DNA of 64,000 bases from contig CBDCQT010000005.1 in NCBI GenBank assembly GCA_965220745.1, positions 256,001 to 320,000 on the forward strand. Direction: 5' to 3'. Source of the DNA: Alphaproteobacteria bacterium. Lineage in GTDB: Bacteria > Pseudomonadota > Alphaproteobacteria > UBA828. Made by a program: the position numbers and the translations under genes. Shown here in pieces: positions 52,021 through 64,000 of this stretch; positions within the stretch are counted from its first letter, which is position 1; each line of letters begins with the position of its first letter. The notes beneath the pieces were generated by a model. It was not told the origin of the DNA. It was given only the letters and a program-made list of their open reading frames with translations, and made no database searches.

Positions 52021-52488
52021 CTATGCGGCCAGTGCCCATTCCCCCCGAGGACCGCTGGAGAGTGCGAAGGTCAGCTCGTGCGTTCTGTCCAACGCGTCCT
52101 CGCGGTCGGCGATACGGCGTAAAGTATCGCGGAGCGTTTCATCGGCTGCATTGCCGTGCTCGAGGTAGAGCCTCCTGATCAGGGCGTCCGCCGCTCTCGG
52201 GCAGCTTGTCTTTTCGGCCTCCCACCTGTGGACGGTCTGCTCGCTCACGTCCAGCAGGTGCGCGAGCGTCGCCTGGGACATGAGCATCTCCTGACGCAGG
52301 AACCTCAGCTCCTTGCCGCTCAGAGCCTTCCCGTGGCGGCTCACGTGCTCGCCGATGGCCCGATGCAGTGCATCGATGTCCCTGATTGCGATGGTTCTGC
52401 CGCGCGGCGAAGCGTTCCGCTCGAAGCCGTTCAGCAGAAAGACATGGTCCAGACCGCATTCCGTGTAGTGATATCGCTCATCAGGCAT
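52021..52488 (-). CDS. XRE-type HTH protein, putative MqsA-like antitoxin
   Basis: YHYTECGLDHVFLLNG N-terminus, then ELRFLRQEMLMSQATLAHLLDVSEQTVHRWE HTH; GGAGGGAGG RBS. Confidence 0.75.
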   Translation of the reverse strand: MPDERYHYTECGLDHVFLLNGFERNASPRGRTIAIRDIDALHRAIGEHVSRHGKALSGKELRFLRQEMLMSQATLAHLLDVSEQTVHRWEAEKTSCPRAADALIRRLYLEHGNAADETLRDTLRRIADREDALDRTHELTFALSSGPRGEWALAA

Positions 52489-52511
52489 GGACCTCCCTCC
52501 GGTATCCGCCG

Positions 52512-52811
52512 TCACCATGCGGTGATGCATTCGACGTGATCCGCGCACACGGCCACGACCACGTTGACACGCTGGCCCGCAACCTTGCGGCGCATGTGGA
52601 TCCGCCAATCTCCGAACTCGTCGAGCTCCGGGCGACCGACCGCTCTTCCCGATTTCAGCACCTCCATCACTAGCCGCACGGTGATGCCTCGCTCTCTCAT
52701 GCGCTGTCTGAAATGCGGCTCGCTCATGCGAACGTTCAGGCTGTCCGTCAGAGCGAGCGAATGAACGCGGCTCACCAGCTGATCTGCCGATGGGGCCTCT
52801 GCCCCTGACAT
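52512..52811 (-). CDS. DUF4258-domain protein, putative RelE-like toxin
   Basis: HFRQRMRERGIT...VLKSG...VVVA...IT pattern; directly upstream of the HTH gene; start codon uncertain. Confidence 0.65.
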   Translation of the reverse strand: MSGAEAPSADQLVSRVHSLALTDSLNVRMSEPHFRQRMRERGITVRLVMEVLKSGRAVGRPELDEFGDWRIHMRRKVAGQRVNVVVAVCADHVECITAW

Positions 52812-52840
52812 GGAAAAGGGGACAAACGGTGAGTCCGACA

Positions 52841-52877
52841 CAAACCTACCAATATGGTAGGTTTGACAGGCCGTCAA
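52841..52877. promoter_or_regulatory. Operator palindromes overlapping the promoter of the DUF4258/HTH pair
   Basis: Perfect 11-bp inverted repeat CAAACCTACCA-ata-TGGTAGGTTTG (52841-52865) and TTGAC-aggcc-GTCAA (52863-52877); the minus strand reads TTGACG...CATATT. Confidence 0.65.
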
Positions 52878-52989
52878 GACTTTTGCACCCGGCGCCCAAT
52901 CCGCCCAGCACTGGGCAGCTTTGCCCGCGTGCCGATGGCAGGCGAGACTAGGCGAGAGCGAAACGTCGCAAGGCGCGAGGGGGAGAAGG

Positions 52990-54585
52990 ATGGCGTGGGA
53001 TTACATCATTGTCGGTGCGGGCTCGGCCGGGTGCGTGCTGGCGCACCGGCTCTCCGCCAAGCCGGGGAACAAGGTCCTGCTGCTGGAAGGCGGCGGCAAT
53101 GACACCTCCCCCCTGGTGCGGATCCCCGCCGGCGAGATCAAGGCCATCCTGAATCCTCGCTTCAACTGGATGTACATGAGCGAGCCCGACCCCACGCTCA
53201 ACGGGCGCGACGCCATGTGGCCGGGCGGCAAGGTGCTCGGCGGGTCGAGCTCCATCAACGGCATGATCTACCTGCGCGGCCAGCACGAGGACTACGACGA
53301 CTGGGCCCGCCTCGTCGGCAACACCGGCGCGTGGAGCTACCAGGACGTGCTGCCCTACTTCAAGCGCATGGAGACCAACCCGCTCGGCCCGAGCGAATAC
53401 CACGGGGACAGCGGCCCGCTCGTCGTCTCCGACGTGCCGACGCCCCATCCGCTGGTCCGCGTCTTCATCGAGGCGGCCAAGGAGCTCGGCATCCCCTTCA
53501 ATCCGGACGTGAACGGCGAGCGCCAGGAAGGCGCCGGGCCCCATCAGGGGACGATCCGCTTCGGCCGCCGCAACAGCACGGCGCGCGCGTATCTGAGGCC
53601 GGTGATGGACAGGCCCAATCTCAGCGTCGAGACCGAGGCGCGGGTGGACAAGGTGCTGTTCGAAGAGGGGCGCGCCTGCGCGGTCGTCTACAGCCGGGGC
53701 GGCGAGAGGCGCGAGGCCACGGCGGACGGCGAGATCATCCTCTCCGCCGGCGCCATCGCCTCGCCGGCGATCCTGCTGCGCTCAGGCATCGGGCCCGCAG
53801 CCGATCTCTCCGATTTCGGCATTCCCGTGGTCGCGGAGTCGCCGGGGGTCGGCAGCAACCTGCAGGAGCATCCGGTCGCCTGGGTGGCGGGCTATGTCGA
53901 CATCAGCACCTACAACACCGAAGTCACGGCCGCCGGCTGGGTGAAGCACGGCCTCAACTGGCTGCTGCGCGGCAAGGGGCCGGCCGCGAGCCCCATCTCC
54001 CAGGCGGTGGCCTTCGTCCGCACCCGGCCGGAGGAGGAGGACCGCCCGGACATCCAGCTCCACTTCACCCCGACCGGCTACGAGTTCGGCCCGGACGGGA
54101 TCAAGCTCCTGGACCGCCCCGGCGTCACCATTCCGGCCAACGTCTGCCGGCCCAAGAGCCGCAGCAGGCTCACGCTCCGCTCGGCCGACCCGAACGAGCC
54201 GCCGCGCATCTTCTCGAAGCTGCTCGACGACGAGGACGACGTGAGGCGCATGGTCGACGGCTGCAAGGTCTCGCGCGCGATCTTCGAGAGCAAGGCCTTC
54301 AAGCCGCACTTCCAGGGCCTGTTCCTGCCCGCGCCCGACGTGCGGAGCGATGACGAGCTCGAAGCCTACGTCCGGCAATACACGCTGCCGGCCTATCATC
54401 CCGTCGGCACCTGCAAGATGGGCATCGACGACATGGCGGTGGTGGACCCGGAGCTGCGGGTGCGCGGGGTCCAGGGACTGCGCGTGATCGACGCTTCGAT
54501 CATGCCGGTCGTGCCGAGCGCCAACACCAATGCGCCGTCCATCATGGTCGGCGAGAAAGGCTCGGACCTGGTGCTGGGCAGTTAG
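52990..54585 (+). CDS. GMC oxidoreductase, choline/alcohol dehydrogenase-like
   Basis: [27 protein letters not shown] and SANTNAP (His/Asn pair). Confidence 0.9.
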   Translation: MAWDYIIVGAGSAGCVLAHRLSAKPGNKVLLLEGGGNDTSPLVRIPAGEIKAILNPRFNWMYMSEPDPTLNGRDAMWPGGKVLGGSSSINGMIYLRGQHEDYDDWARLVGNTGAWSYQDVLPYFKRMETNPLGPSEYHGDSGPLVVSDVPTPHPLVRVFIEAAKELGIPFNPDVNGERQEGAGPHQGTIRFGRRNSTARAYLRPVMDRPNLSVETEARVDKVLFEEGRACAVVYSRGGERREATADGEIILSAGAIASPAILLRSGIGPAADLSDFGIPVVAESPGVGSNLQEHPVAWVAGYVDISTYNTEVTAAGWVKHGLNWLLRGKGPAASPISQAVAFVRTRPEEEDRPDIQLHFTPTGYEFGPDGIKLLDRPGVTIPANVCRPKSRSRLTLRSADPNEPPRIFSKLLDDEDDVRRMVDGCKVSRAIFESKAFKPHFQGLFLPAPDVRSDDELEAYVRQYTLPAYHPVGTCKMGIDDMAVVDPELRVRGVQGLRVIDASIMPVVPSANTNAPSIMVGEKGSDLVLGS

Positions 54586-55469
54586 ACGGCCTGTGCGATG
54601 CGGGCGGGATCGCCGATGTCGAGGGTGGTGACGCGGCGCATCTCGCGCCGGTGCCAGGTGTCCTCGAACGGGCGGGCGCGGTGCATCGTGGCGCGGTTGT
54701 CCCAGATCACGAAGTCCCCGCGTCGCCACGAGTGCCGGTAGACGAGCTCGGGCGCTGTCGCGTGCTCCATGAGGTCGCGGAGCAGGAGCCGGCCGTCCGG
54801 GATCGGCCGGTCTAGGATCCGCGACGCGTGCGATGCGAGGTAGAGGGAGCGCCGCCCGGTGCGCGGGTTCTCCAGCACCAGCGGCTGGATGGCCCCCTTG
54901 AGCTGGTCGCTCTCCTCCTCCGAGAAGTCGAAGCCGAGCGTGATGCGCGAATAGGCGATCGAATGGTGCACGCGGAGGCCTTCGAGCTTCGCCTTCGTCT
55001 CGTCTGCCAGCGTGTCGTAGGCGGCCCGCATATCCGCGAACTCCGTGTCGGCCGCGACCGGCGGCAGTGCGACGGCGGCGAGCATCGAATAGCGACCGCG
55101 CGGGTCCTGAAACGATGCGTCGGTGTGCCAGAGGCGGTTCGCGAGGCCGTACAGGCGTTTCCGGCTGTCCGATTCCAGGACCTCTCCGCTCGCATCGACG
55201 TTCGAGACATCGGTGATGGCCTCGTCGCCGAAGCGGCTCTTCTGCAGGACGCTGATGCCGGTCTTGCGGTGGAGCTCGCCGTCGAGCCGGATGGCGAAGT
55301 CGCGCTGCTCCTCGCTGGAGAACGCCTGGTCCCGGAACACGAGCACCGCGTGCTCGTCCATGCCGGCCCGGATCCGCTCCAGATTCTCCTCGTCGTGCAC
55401 GGCGCGCAGATCGAGCGCGCTCACCTCGGCGGCGAAGAGCGGGTGGAGCTTGCGGAACTCGAGTGTCAT
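54582..55469 (-). CDS. TauD/TfdA family Fe(II)/2OG dioxygenase (TfdA-like)
   Basis: LHPLFAAEV, DVSNVD, WHTDASF, TEFADMRAAYD, LYLASHA and WDNRATMHR motifs. Confidence 0.9.
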   Translation of the reverse strand: MTLEFRKLHPLFAAEVSALDLRAVHDEENLERIRAGMDEHAVLVFRDQAFSSEEQRDFAIRLDGELHRKTGISVLQKSRFGDEAITDVSNVDASGEVLESDSRKRLYGLANRLWHTDASFQDPRGRYSMLAAVALPPVAADTEFADMRAAYDTLADETKAKLEGLRVHHSIAYSRITLGFDFSEEESDQLKGAIQPLVLENPRTGRRSLYLASHASRILDRPIPDGRLLLRDLMEHATAPELVYRHSWRRGDFVIWDNRATMHRARPFEDTWHRREMRRVTTLDIGDPARIAQAV

Positions 55470-56389
55470 CGGGTCTTACCTGACTGCGGGCCCGTTTCGA
55501 TGGGCAGGGCGGGGTCTTGTGCCCAATCGCCCATCGACCCGTCGTAGAGGGTGAGGTCAGTGTAGCCGAGTTGGTGGAGGAGGAAGAGGCCTACGGTGGC
55601 GGAGATGCCGCCGCCGCAATAGGCGACGACGTGGCGGTCCGGGGTGATCCCGGCGTCCTCGTGCAGCCGCTTTGCCTCGTCCAGCGGCACGAAGGCCCCG
55701 TTCGACGGATCGAGCAGCGTCGCGGCAGGCACGTTGACGCTCCCCGGAATCCGGCCCGGACGACCGTAGCGGCTGGGCCCTTCGCCGAGATGGAACTCGG
55801 GTGCGAGCGCGTTCACCGCGACGGTGTCGGCATCGCCGAGCCGGGAGAGCACGTAGTCGCTGTCCACGAATTGACCCGGCTTGAGCCGAGCGGTGAAGCG
55901 CGCCGGCGGGTACCGGCCCGGCGTGGAGGAGACGGGGCGTTCCTCCGCTTGCCACTTCTCCCAGCCGCCATCGAGCACCGCCGCACGGTCGAAGCCGAAG
56001 GCGCGCAGCATCCACCAGACCCGCGTCGCCCACATGATGCTGCCGGCGGAATAGAGCACGACGCGGGAGTCGTCCCCGATGCCAAGCCCGCCCATGGCTT
56101 CTGCGAAGCGCGCGGCCGACGGCGCCATGAACTTGAGTCGCGTGTCCGGGTCGGAAATCGTTCCTTGGATGTCGAGGAAGACGGCGCCGGGGATATGCGC
56201 CGCGTCGTACTCGGCCCGGCCCGGAACGACGCGGTAGGGGGAGTCGTCGCCGGGCTCGGCCGGCTTGAGCCAGGTGGTGCAGTCCACGATGCGAAGCTCG
56301 GGCGCACCGAGGCTCGCCTCGAGGGCGGCAGTCTCGATGAGTGCGCCCGGCTCGCGCCAATGCGAGAGGTCGGCTCGGCCATCGGTCAT
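55466..56389 (-). CDS. Two-domain sulfurtransferase (rhodanese / 3-mercaptopyruvate sulfurtransferase family)
   Basis: HIPGAVF, RVWWML, VLDGG, GRIPGS, active-site YCGGGISA and LYDGSMGDW motifs. Confidence 0.92.
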   Translation of the reverse strand: MTDGRADLSHWREPGALIETAALEASLGAPELRIVDCTTWLKPAEPGDDSPYRVVPGRAEYDAAHIPGAVFLDIQGTISDPDTRLKFMAPSAARFAEAMGGLGIGDDSRVVLYSAGSIMWATRVWWMLRAFGFDRAAVLDGGWEKWQAEERPVSSTPGRYPPARFTARLKPGQFVDSDYVLSRLGDADTVAVNALAPEFHLGEGPSRYGRPGRIPGSVNVPAATLLDPSNGAFVPLDEAKRLHEDAGITPDRHVVAYCGGGISATVGLFLLHQLGYTDLTLYDGSMGDWAQDPALPIETGPQSGKTR

Positions 56390-56421
56390 CGACGGTCTCC
56401 CTTGTCTTCTGGTTGGCGCAA

Positions 56422-57195
56422 CTAGCCCGGTGGCAGCCCGGCGGTGAGCCCGCCGTCGATCACCAGTGCCGTGCCGGTGACCCAGCGGGCCTCGTCGGAG
56501 GCGAGATAGAGGAACGCGGACGCGATCTCGTCGGGCTGGCCCATGCGGCCCAGCGGGTGAGCGGCATTGACCGCCGCCCGGCTCGCCGCCGGGTCGTCCT
56601 GCGCGTCGAAGTACTCATTCACCATCGGCGTCTCGACGAAGCCGGGGCAGACGCAGTTCGCGCGGATGCCGTGGGCGGCGCCGTCGAGGGCCATGCACTT
56701 GGTCAGCATCACGACTCCCGCCTTGGCGGCGGAATAGCCGTGTTGGCCGGCCATGCCGATGACTCCGGCGACCGAGGCCGTGTTCAGGATGGTCCCGCCG
56801 CCGACCTCGACGAAGCGGGGCCATATCGCCCGGCTGGCCCGGTAGATGCTGGACAGGTCGAGGTCGATGACGCGATCCCATTCGTCGGCCGCGAGGGTCT
56901 CGACGGTGCCGATCGTCGGAATCGCGGCGTTGTTCACGAGGATATCGACGCCTCCCAGCGTCTCCCACGCGCGATCCGTCATGGCGGCGACGGAGGCGTC
57001 GTCTCCGACGTCGGCGACGAGGCTGACCGCCGTTCCTCCCTGGGCGCGGATCGCGGCTGCGTGCTTTTCCGCGCCGGCGCCGTTCAGATCGGCGATCGCG
57101 ACAGCCGCGCCCTCCGCCGCGAAGCGCTCGGCGGTCGCGGCGCCGATGCCCGAAGCAGCGCCGGTCACCAGCGCCCGTTTGCCTGCCAAACGCAT
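56422..57195 (-). CDS. Short-chain dehydrogenase/reductase (SDR)
   Basis: TGAASGIG, LVNNA, YSAAK and VCPGFVETP motifs. Confidence 0.93.
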   Translation of the reverse strand: MRLAGKRALVTGAASGIGAATAERFAAEGAAVAIADLNGAGAEKHAAAIRAQGGTAVSLVADVGDDASVAAMTDRAWETLGGVDILVNNAAIPTIGTVETLAADEWDRVIDLDLSSIYRASRAIWPRFVEVGGGTILNTASVAGVIGMAGQHGYSAAKAGVVMLTKCMALDGAAHGIRANCVCPGFVETPMVNEYFDAQDDPAASRAAVNAAHPLGRMGQPDEIASAFLYLASDEARWVTGTALVIDGGLTAGLPPG

Positions 57196-57217
57196 CGACG
57201 CCTCCCTTTCGATCCGT

Positions 57218-58402
57218 CTACCAGAGCCGCTCGGTGGCGAGCGCGGCGCCGTCTGCGAGCATGCGGAGCTTAGCCCAGGCCACGTCGTCGGCCACGAACT
57301 GGTAGCTCGCGAAGGTGCTGAAGCCGCAGTCGGTGCCGGCGATGACGCGGTGCTTGTCGCCCATCACGTCGGCATAGAGGCAGATGCGGTCGGCCACCAC
57401 CTCCGGGTGCTCCAAATAGTTGGTGGTCACGTCGATCACGCCGGGGATCAGGATCATGGGCTCGGGCGGCGGGTTGGCCTTGAGCACCTTCCACTCGTGC
57501 TGATGGCGCGGGTTGGAGCAGGCGAGGCTGAGCGCGCCGACCTTGGCCTCGTAGAGCAGCGGCAGCAGCGGCGCGAGGTCGCAGTCGTCGATGTGGGGGC
57601 CGTCCCAGTTGCCGAAGCAGACGTGGAGGCGGCTCTTCTCCGCCGGGATGTCGGCGACGGCCACGTTGAGCGCCCTGATGTGCAGTTCCACCCGCTCCAG
57701 GAACTCGTCGAGCGGGCGGTCCTGGAACATGAACTGACGCTCCATGGCAAGGTCAGGGGCGTCGATCTGCAGCAGATGGCCCGAAGCGACGATCGCGTCG
57801 TACTCCTTTTTGAGCTCGTGGCCGAGCGCCATGACGTAATCCTCGTCGCGCGGATAGTCGGGATTGTCGTCTGCGCGCAGCATGGTGGTGGAGACGATGC
57901 CGGGGGAGGCGGCGGTGACGAACGTCTCGGCGAAGCTTCCTGCGGAGCGCTCCAGCGACGCCGCGAAGTGGTCGAGCTCGAAGGTCACGTCGGCAAGATC
58001 GGGCTCGTACTCGACGGCGGTCTGCGCCTGCGGCGCGTTCCAGACCTTCGGTCGCTCCTTGTCCCGGCTCCAGGTGCGCTCGCTGAACATCTGCGCGTAA
58101 CCAGGGAACTTGACCATGTCGGTGAGCATCTTGCGCTGGGATTCGCCGCCGAAGCCCGACATGCGCTGCGGCACGTAGGTCTGGAAGCCGACGCGGGACT
58201 CCTCACCGTCGTTGCCGATATCGACGCCGCTCTCGATCTGCTTGGCGACGACCCAGTCGATGCCGTTGGCGACTGCCTGCGCGAAGGCCGCCTGGTCGAT
58301 GGCCTCGCCCCGCTCGCGCTTGATCAGCAGCGTCTCAAGGCCCAGCGGGCGGGGCAGGCTGCCGGCGTGGGTGGTGAGCATGCGGTCTTCGCTGGTCAAC
58401 AT
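57218..58402 (-). CDS. Core cobalamin-independent methionine synthase-like protein (single-barrel MetE / epoxyalkane:CoM transferase family)
   Basis: TTHAGSLPRP, NDGE, LQIDAPDL, zinc ligands HVC and DCGF, NPRHQHEW and IPGVID; no N-terminal MetE barrel. Confidence 0.88.
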   Translation of the reverse strand: MLTSEDRMLTTHAGSLPRPLGLETLLIKRERGEAIDQAAFAQAVANGIDWVVAKQIESGVDIGNDGEESRVGFQTYVPQRMSGFGGESQRKMLTDMVKFPGYAQMFSERTWSRDKERPKVWNAPQAQTAVEYEPDLADVTFELDHFAASLERSAGSFAETFVTAASPGIVSTTMLRADDNPDYPRDEDYVMALGHELKKEYDAIVASGHLLQIDAPDLAMERQFMFQDRPLDEFLERVELHIRALNVAVADIPAEKSRLHVCFGNWDGPHIDDCDLAPLLPLLYEAKVGALSLACSNPRHQHEWKVLKANPPPEPMILIPGVIDVTTNYLEHPEVVADRICLYADVMGDKHRVIAGTDCGFSTFASYQFVADDVAWAKLRMLADGAALATERLW

Positions 58403-58553
58403 GGGTGCGCCTCCCGTCGGTTCCGCCACGTCTGCGGAGTGTCGCGGGCCGCTCGCGGGGACGCAACCGGCACATTCCCGTTCATTCCGCCCTTGCGGCC
58501 GCGCGCGAAATCTTTCTAATGGAGCGCTCTCCAGGTGTGCAAAGGGGGCGAGG

Positions 58554-60287
<1,734 letters not shown>

Positions 60288-60330
60288 GGACGGCACACCG
60301 TTCTCACTTTGAACTCAGTGCGGCCCGGAA

Positions 60331-60445
60331 CACCCCCTCCTCACCCCGGCCCTCTCCTCCCCGGCGGGGAGGAGAGGGAGAGTAAGCGGTGCCACCTGCG
60401 TTCCCCCTCCGCCCTCCGGGGGGGAGGGGGACAGGGGGAGGTGGG
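60331..60445. repeat. C/G-rich palindromic intergenic (REP/RIME-like) element between convergent genes
   Basis: 13-bp stem CCCTCTCCTCCCC (60350-60362) / GGGGAGGAGAGGG (60366-60378); second C-run/G-run hairpin at about 60403-60430; partial copy at 4844. Confidence 0.7.
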
Positions 60446-60450
60446 TGTCA

Positions 60451-61752
<1,302 letters not shown>

Positions 61753-61762
61753 CTCATCCTCC

Positions 61763-63409
61763 TCAATCGGCGCTCTCGCCGTCATGGATGGTGTTCAACA
61801 CTTTGTAAGCAGGAAGCGTCAGGAAGTCGGGGAAGCCATTCCCTGTCCCGACCTGGGTGAAGAGGGCGACCGCATCGTCGAAGTGCCCCTCCTCGTAACG
61901 GGCCTCGCCGAGCACATCCTTGAGGGCTGCGACCTCCTCGGCGACCAGCCGGTCCACCAGCGCCCAGTCGACCGCGCGGCCGTCCGTGAGACGCGCGCCG
62001 TGGCGCAGGCACTGCCAGAGCTGGGCACGGCTGATCTCGGCGGTGGCCGCGTCTTCCATCAGGTTGTAGAGGGGCACGGCGCCGCGGCCCGCGAGCCACG
62101 CCTCGATGTACTGGATGGCGACGCGGATGTTGTTGCGCAGCCCCTCCTCGGTGAGCTCGCCTTCCGGGACGGCGAGCAGATCGGCCGCGGTCACGGTCAC
62201 GTTGCCGAGCTGCCGCGACACCTGATTGGCCTCCGGCATCGACCGGTCGAAGACTTCGCGCGCGATCGGCACGAGCCCCGGATGGGCGACCCAGGTGCCG
62301 TCGTGGCCGTCTCCGGCCTCGCGCTCCTTGTCCGCGCGGACCTTGCCGAATGCCTGCTCGTTCGCCGCATCGTCGCCCTTGATGGGGATCTGCGCCGCCA
62401 TGCCACCCATCGCGTGCGCGCCGCGCCGGTGACAGGTCTTGATCAGGAGCCGGCTGTAGGCGCGCATGAAGGGCTGGGTCATGGTGACAAGGCCGCGGTC
62501 CGGCAGCACCCAGCCGGGACGGTTTCGGAAGGTCTTGATGACGCTGAAGATGTAGTCCCAGCGCCCGCAGTTGAGGCCGACGATGTGGTCCTTCAGCGCG
62601 TGCAGGATCTCGTCCATCTCGAAGGCTGCGGTGATGGTCTCGATCAGCACCGTGGCCTTGATCGTGCCGACGGGAAGCCCGAGTTCCTCCTGGGCCGCGA
62701 CGAAGACGTCGTTCCAGAGCGACGCCTCTTCGTAGTGCTCCAGCTTGGGCAGGTAGAAGTAGGGGCCAGAGCCACGCGCCCGCAGCTCCGCCGCGTTGTG
62801 GAAGAAATAGAGCCCGAAATCGAACAGGCTCGCTGACGCCGGGCGGCCGTCGACGATGAGGTGCGCCTCCTCCAGATGCCAGCCGCGCGGGCGGACGATC
62901 AGCGTCGCCGTCTCGTCGCCCAACGCATAGGACTTGCCGGAGTTGGGGTCGGTCATGGCGATGGTGCGGCGGGACGCATCGCGCAGGTTGACCTGGCCCG
63001 CGATCATCGCCTCCCAGGTGGGCGATGCGGCATCCTCGAAATCGGCCATGAAGCACGAGGCGCCGCAGTTGAGCGCGTTGATGATCATCTTGCGATCGAC
63101 CGGGCCGGTAATCTCCACCCGTCGGTCGGCGAGGTCCGCCGGCGTGCCTGCGATGGTCCAATCGCCCTCGCGGATCGCCTTGGTGTCGGGCCGGAAGGCC
63201 GGGTTTTCGCCGGCGTCGATGCGGGCCTGGAACGCCGCGCGGGCCTCCAGCAGACGCCGTCGCTCGCCGCCGAAGCGGCGCTCCAGCATGGCGACGAAGG
63301 CGCAGGCCTCGTCGGTCAGGACTTCGGCGAGGCCAGGGACGGCGGGCCCGTTGATCTCGATTCCAGCGTTCATGGGCGCTTGGTCGTCCCCGCTATGGCT
63401 CTCCGGCAT
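61763..63409 (-). CDS. aceB: Malate synthase A
   Basis: [48 protein letters not shown] and [11 protein letters not shown]; AAGGAG RBS. Confidence 0.97.
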   Translation of the reverse strand: MPESHSGDDQAPMNAGIEINGPAVPGLAEVLTDEACAFVAMLERRFGGERRRLLEARAAFQARIDAGENPAFRPDTKAIREGDWTIAGTPADLADRRVEITGPVDRKMIINALNCGASCFMADFEDAASPTWEAMIAGQVNLRDASRRTIAMTDPNSGKSYALGDETATLIVRPRGWHLEEAHLIVDGRPASASLFDFGLYFFHNAAELRARGSGPYFYLPKLEHYEEASLWNDVFVAAQEELGLPVGTIKATVLIETITAAFEMDEILHALKDHIVGLNCGRWDYIFSVIKTFRNRPGWVLPDRGLVTMTQPFMRAYSRLLIKTCHRRGAHAMGGMAAQIPIKGDDAANEQAFGKVRADKEREAGDGHDGTWVAHPGLVPIAREVFDRSMPEANQVSRQLGNVTVTAADLLAVPEGELTEEGLRNNIRVAIQYIEAWLAGRGAVPLYNLMEDAATAEISRAQLWQCLRHGARLTDGRAVDWALVDRLVAEEVAALKDVLGEARYEEGHFDDAVALFTQVGTGNGFPDFLTLPAYKVLNTIHDGESAD

Positions 63410-63469
63410 TGCGAGCTACTCCTTGCGTGTTGCATCGCAATACGACATGAATGTCGCGCGATGCGGTGA

Positions 63470-63560
63470 AAATGTCTATAACTTGTTGTAAAAAAACGTG
63501 TATTTTATTCACATTTAGTATGTGAATCGTTGTGGTGCTGTAAATTCGGTAAAATTGCGT
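63470..63560. promoter_or_regulatory. AT-rich divergent control region between aceB and the regulator, with palindrome ATTCACAT-N5-ATGTGAAT (63507-63527)
   Basis: Perfect 8-bp inverted repeat plus repeated (T)GTAAA words in a sharply AT-rich patch. Confidence 0.55.
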
Positions 63561-63604
63561 GGCCGCGCACGGGGCGCGGCCGTCGCTACAATACGGAGAA
63601 GGCC

Positions 63605-64000
63605 ATGCAAGGCAAGGTCATGGCAGGCCAAAGGGTACGCCGGCTCCGCCGGGAGCGCGGGCTGACCCAGGCGCGCATGGCAGCGCAACTCGGAATCTCC
63701 ACGAGTTACCTCAATCTGATCGAGCGCAGCCAGCGCCCGGTGACGGTTCCTTTCCTGCTCAAGCTCGGCCAGGCCTTCGACATCGACCTTCAGCGCTTCG
63801 CGGAGGACGACGAAGGGCGGGTCACCGCTCAGCTCCGGGAGGTCTTCGGCGATCCGCTGTTCGCACGCAGCCAGGTGAGCGACCAGGACATCCGCGACGC
63901 GGCCCAGGCAAGCCCGGCGCTCGGCGATGCCGTCATCCGCCTCTTCGGCGCCTACCGCGACCTGCTGGAGAACACGGCGAACATTGCAGAGGGTCTCGGC
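63605..64000 (+). CDS. Short-chain fatty acyl-CoA regulator family (ScfR/RamB-like) XRE regulator, 3' truncated by the window
   Basis: Manual translation MQGKVMAGQRVRRLRRERGLTQARMAAQLGISTSYLNLIERSQRPVTVPFLLKL...LREVFGDPLF; divergent from aceBA as expected for RamB. Confidence 0.88.
   Translation, partial: MQGKVMAGQRVRRLRRERGLTQARMAAQLGISTSYLNLIERSQRPVTVPFLLKLGQAFDIDLQRFAEDDEGRVTAQLREVFGDPLFARSQVSDQDIRDAAQASPALGDAVIRLFGAYRDLLENTANIAEGLG

Noticed and set aside
52009-52895. Possible target-site duplication around the DUF4258/HTH cassette (gcaccggcg at ~52009 and gcacccggcg at ~52886)
   Set aside because: Short, imperfect and GC-rich, so expected by chance.

Overview
A 64-kb chromosomal window from a high-GC (roughly 68-70% by eye) alphaproteobacterium, probably Rhodospirillales-like, judged from the rpiB-glyA-nrdR-ribD-ribE-ribB-ribH-nusB-thiL, clpS-clpA and gatCAB gene orders and from aceBA sitting divergent to an ScfR/RamB-type regulator. 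Core housekeeping blocks alternate with catabolic and transport genes: an Urt/AmiC-type ABC system with no ATPase genes, a low-GC TRAP transporter, two GMC oxidases (one closely resembling pyridoxine 4-oxidase), hydantoinase B, PhyH and TfdA dioxygenases, a sphingosine-1-phosphate-lyase-like PLP enzyme, a GcvT-type dehydrogenase and a core MetE-like enzyme. I saw no rRNA, tRNA, CRISPR array, transposase or prophage. The best leads are: (1) an unusual 161-aa antitoxin-like gene and a PIN/VapC toxin translationally coupled to tadA; (2) a four-gene MetE-like/SDR/rhodanese/TfdA operon that may be an undescribed organosulfur pathway; (3) a ~272-bp MITE-like element with 35-bp terminal inverted repeats and an internal REP-like hairpin that supplies a gene's stop codon; (4) a CysN-CysC fusion with a decayed, internally deleted GTPase half and no adjacent cysD; (5) a DUF4258/HTH toxin-antitoxin-like module with a perfect operator palindrome. 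All product calls come from motif recognition and recalled family knowledge; no database search was run.
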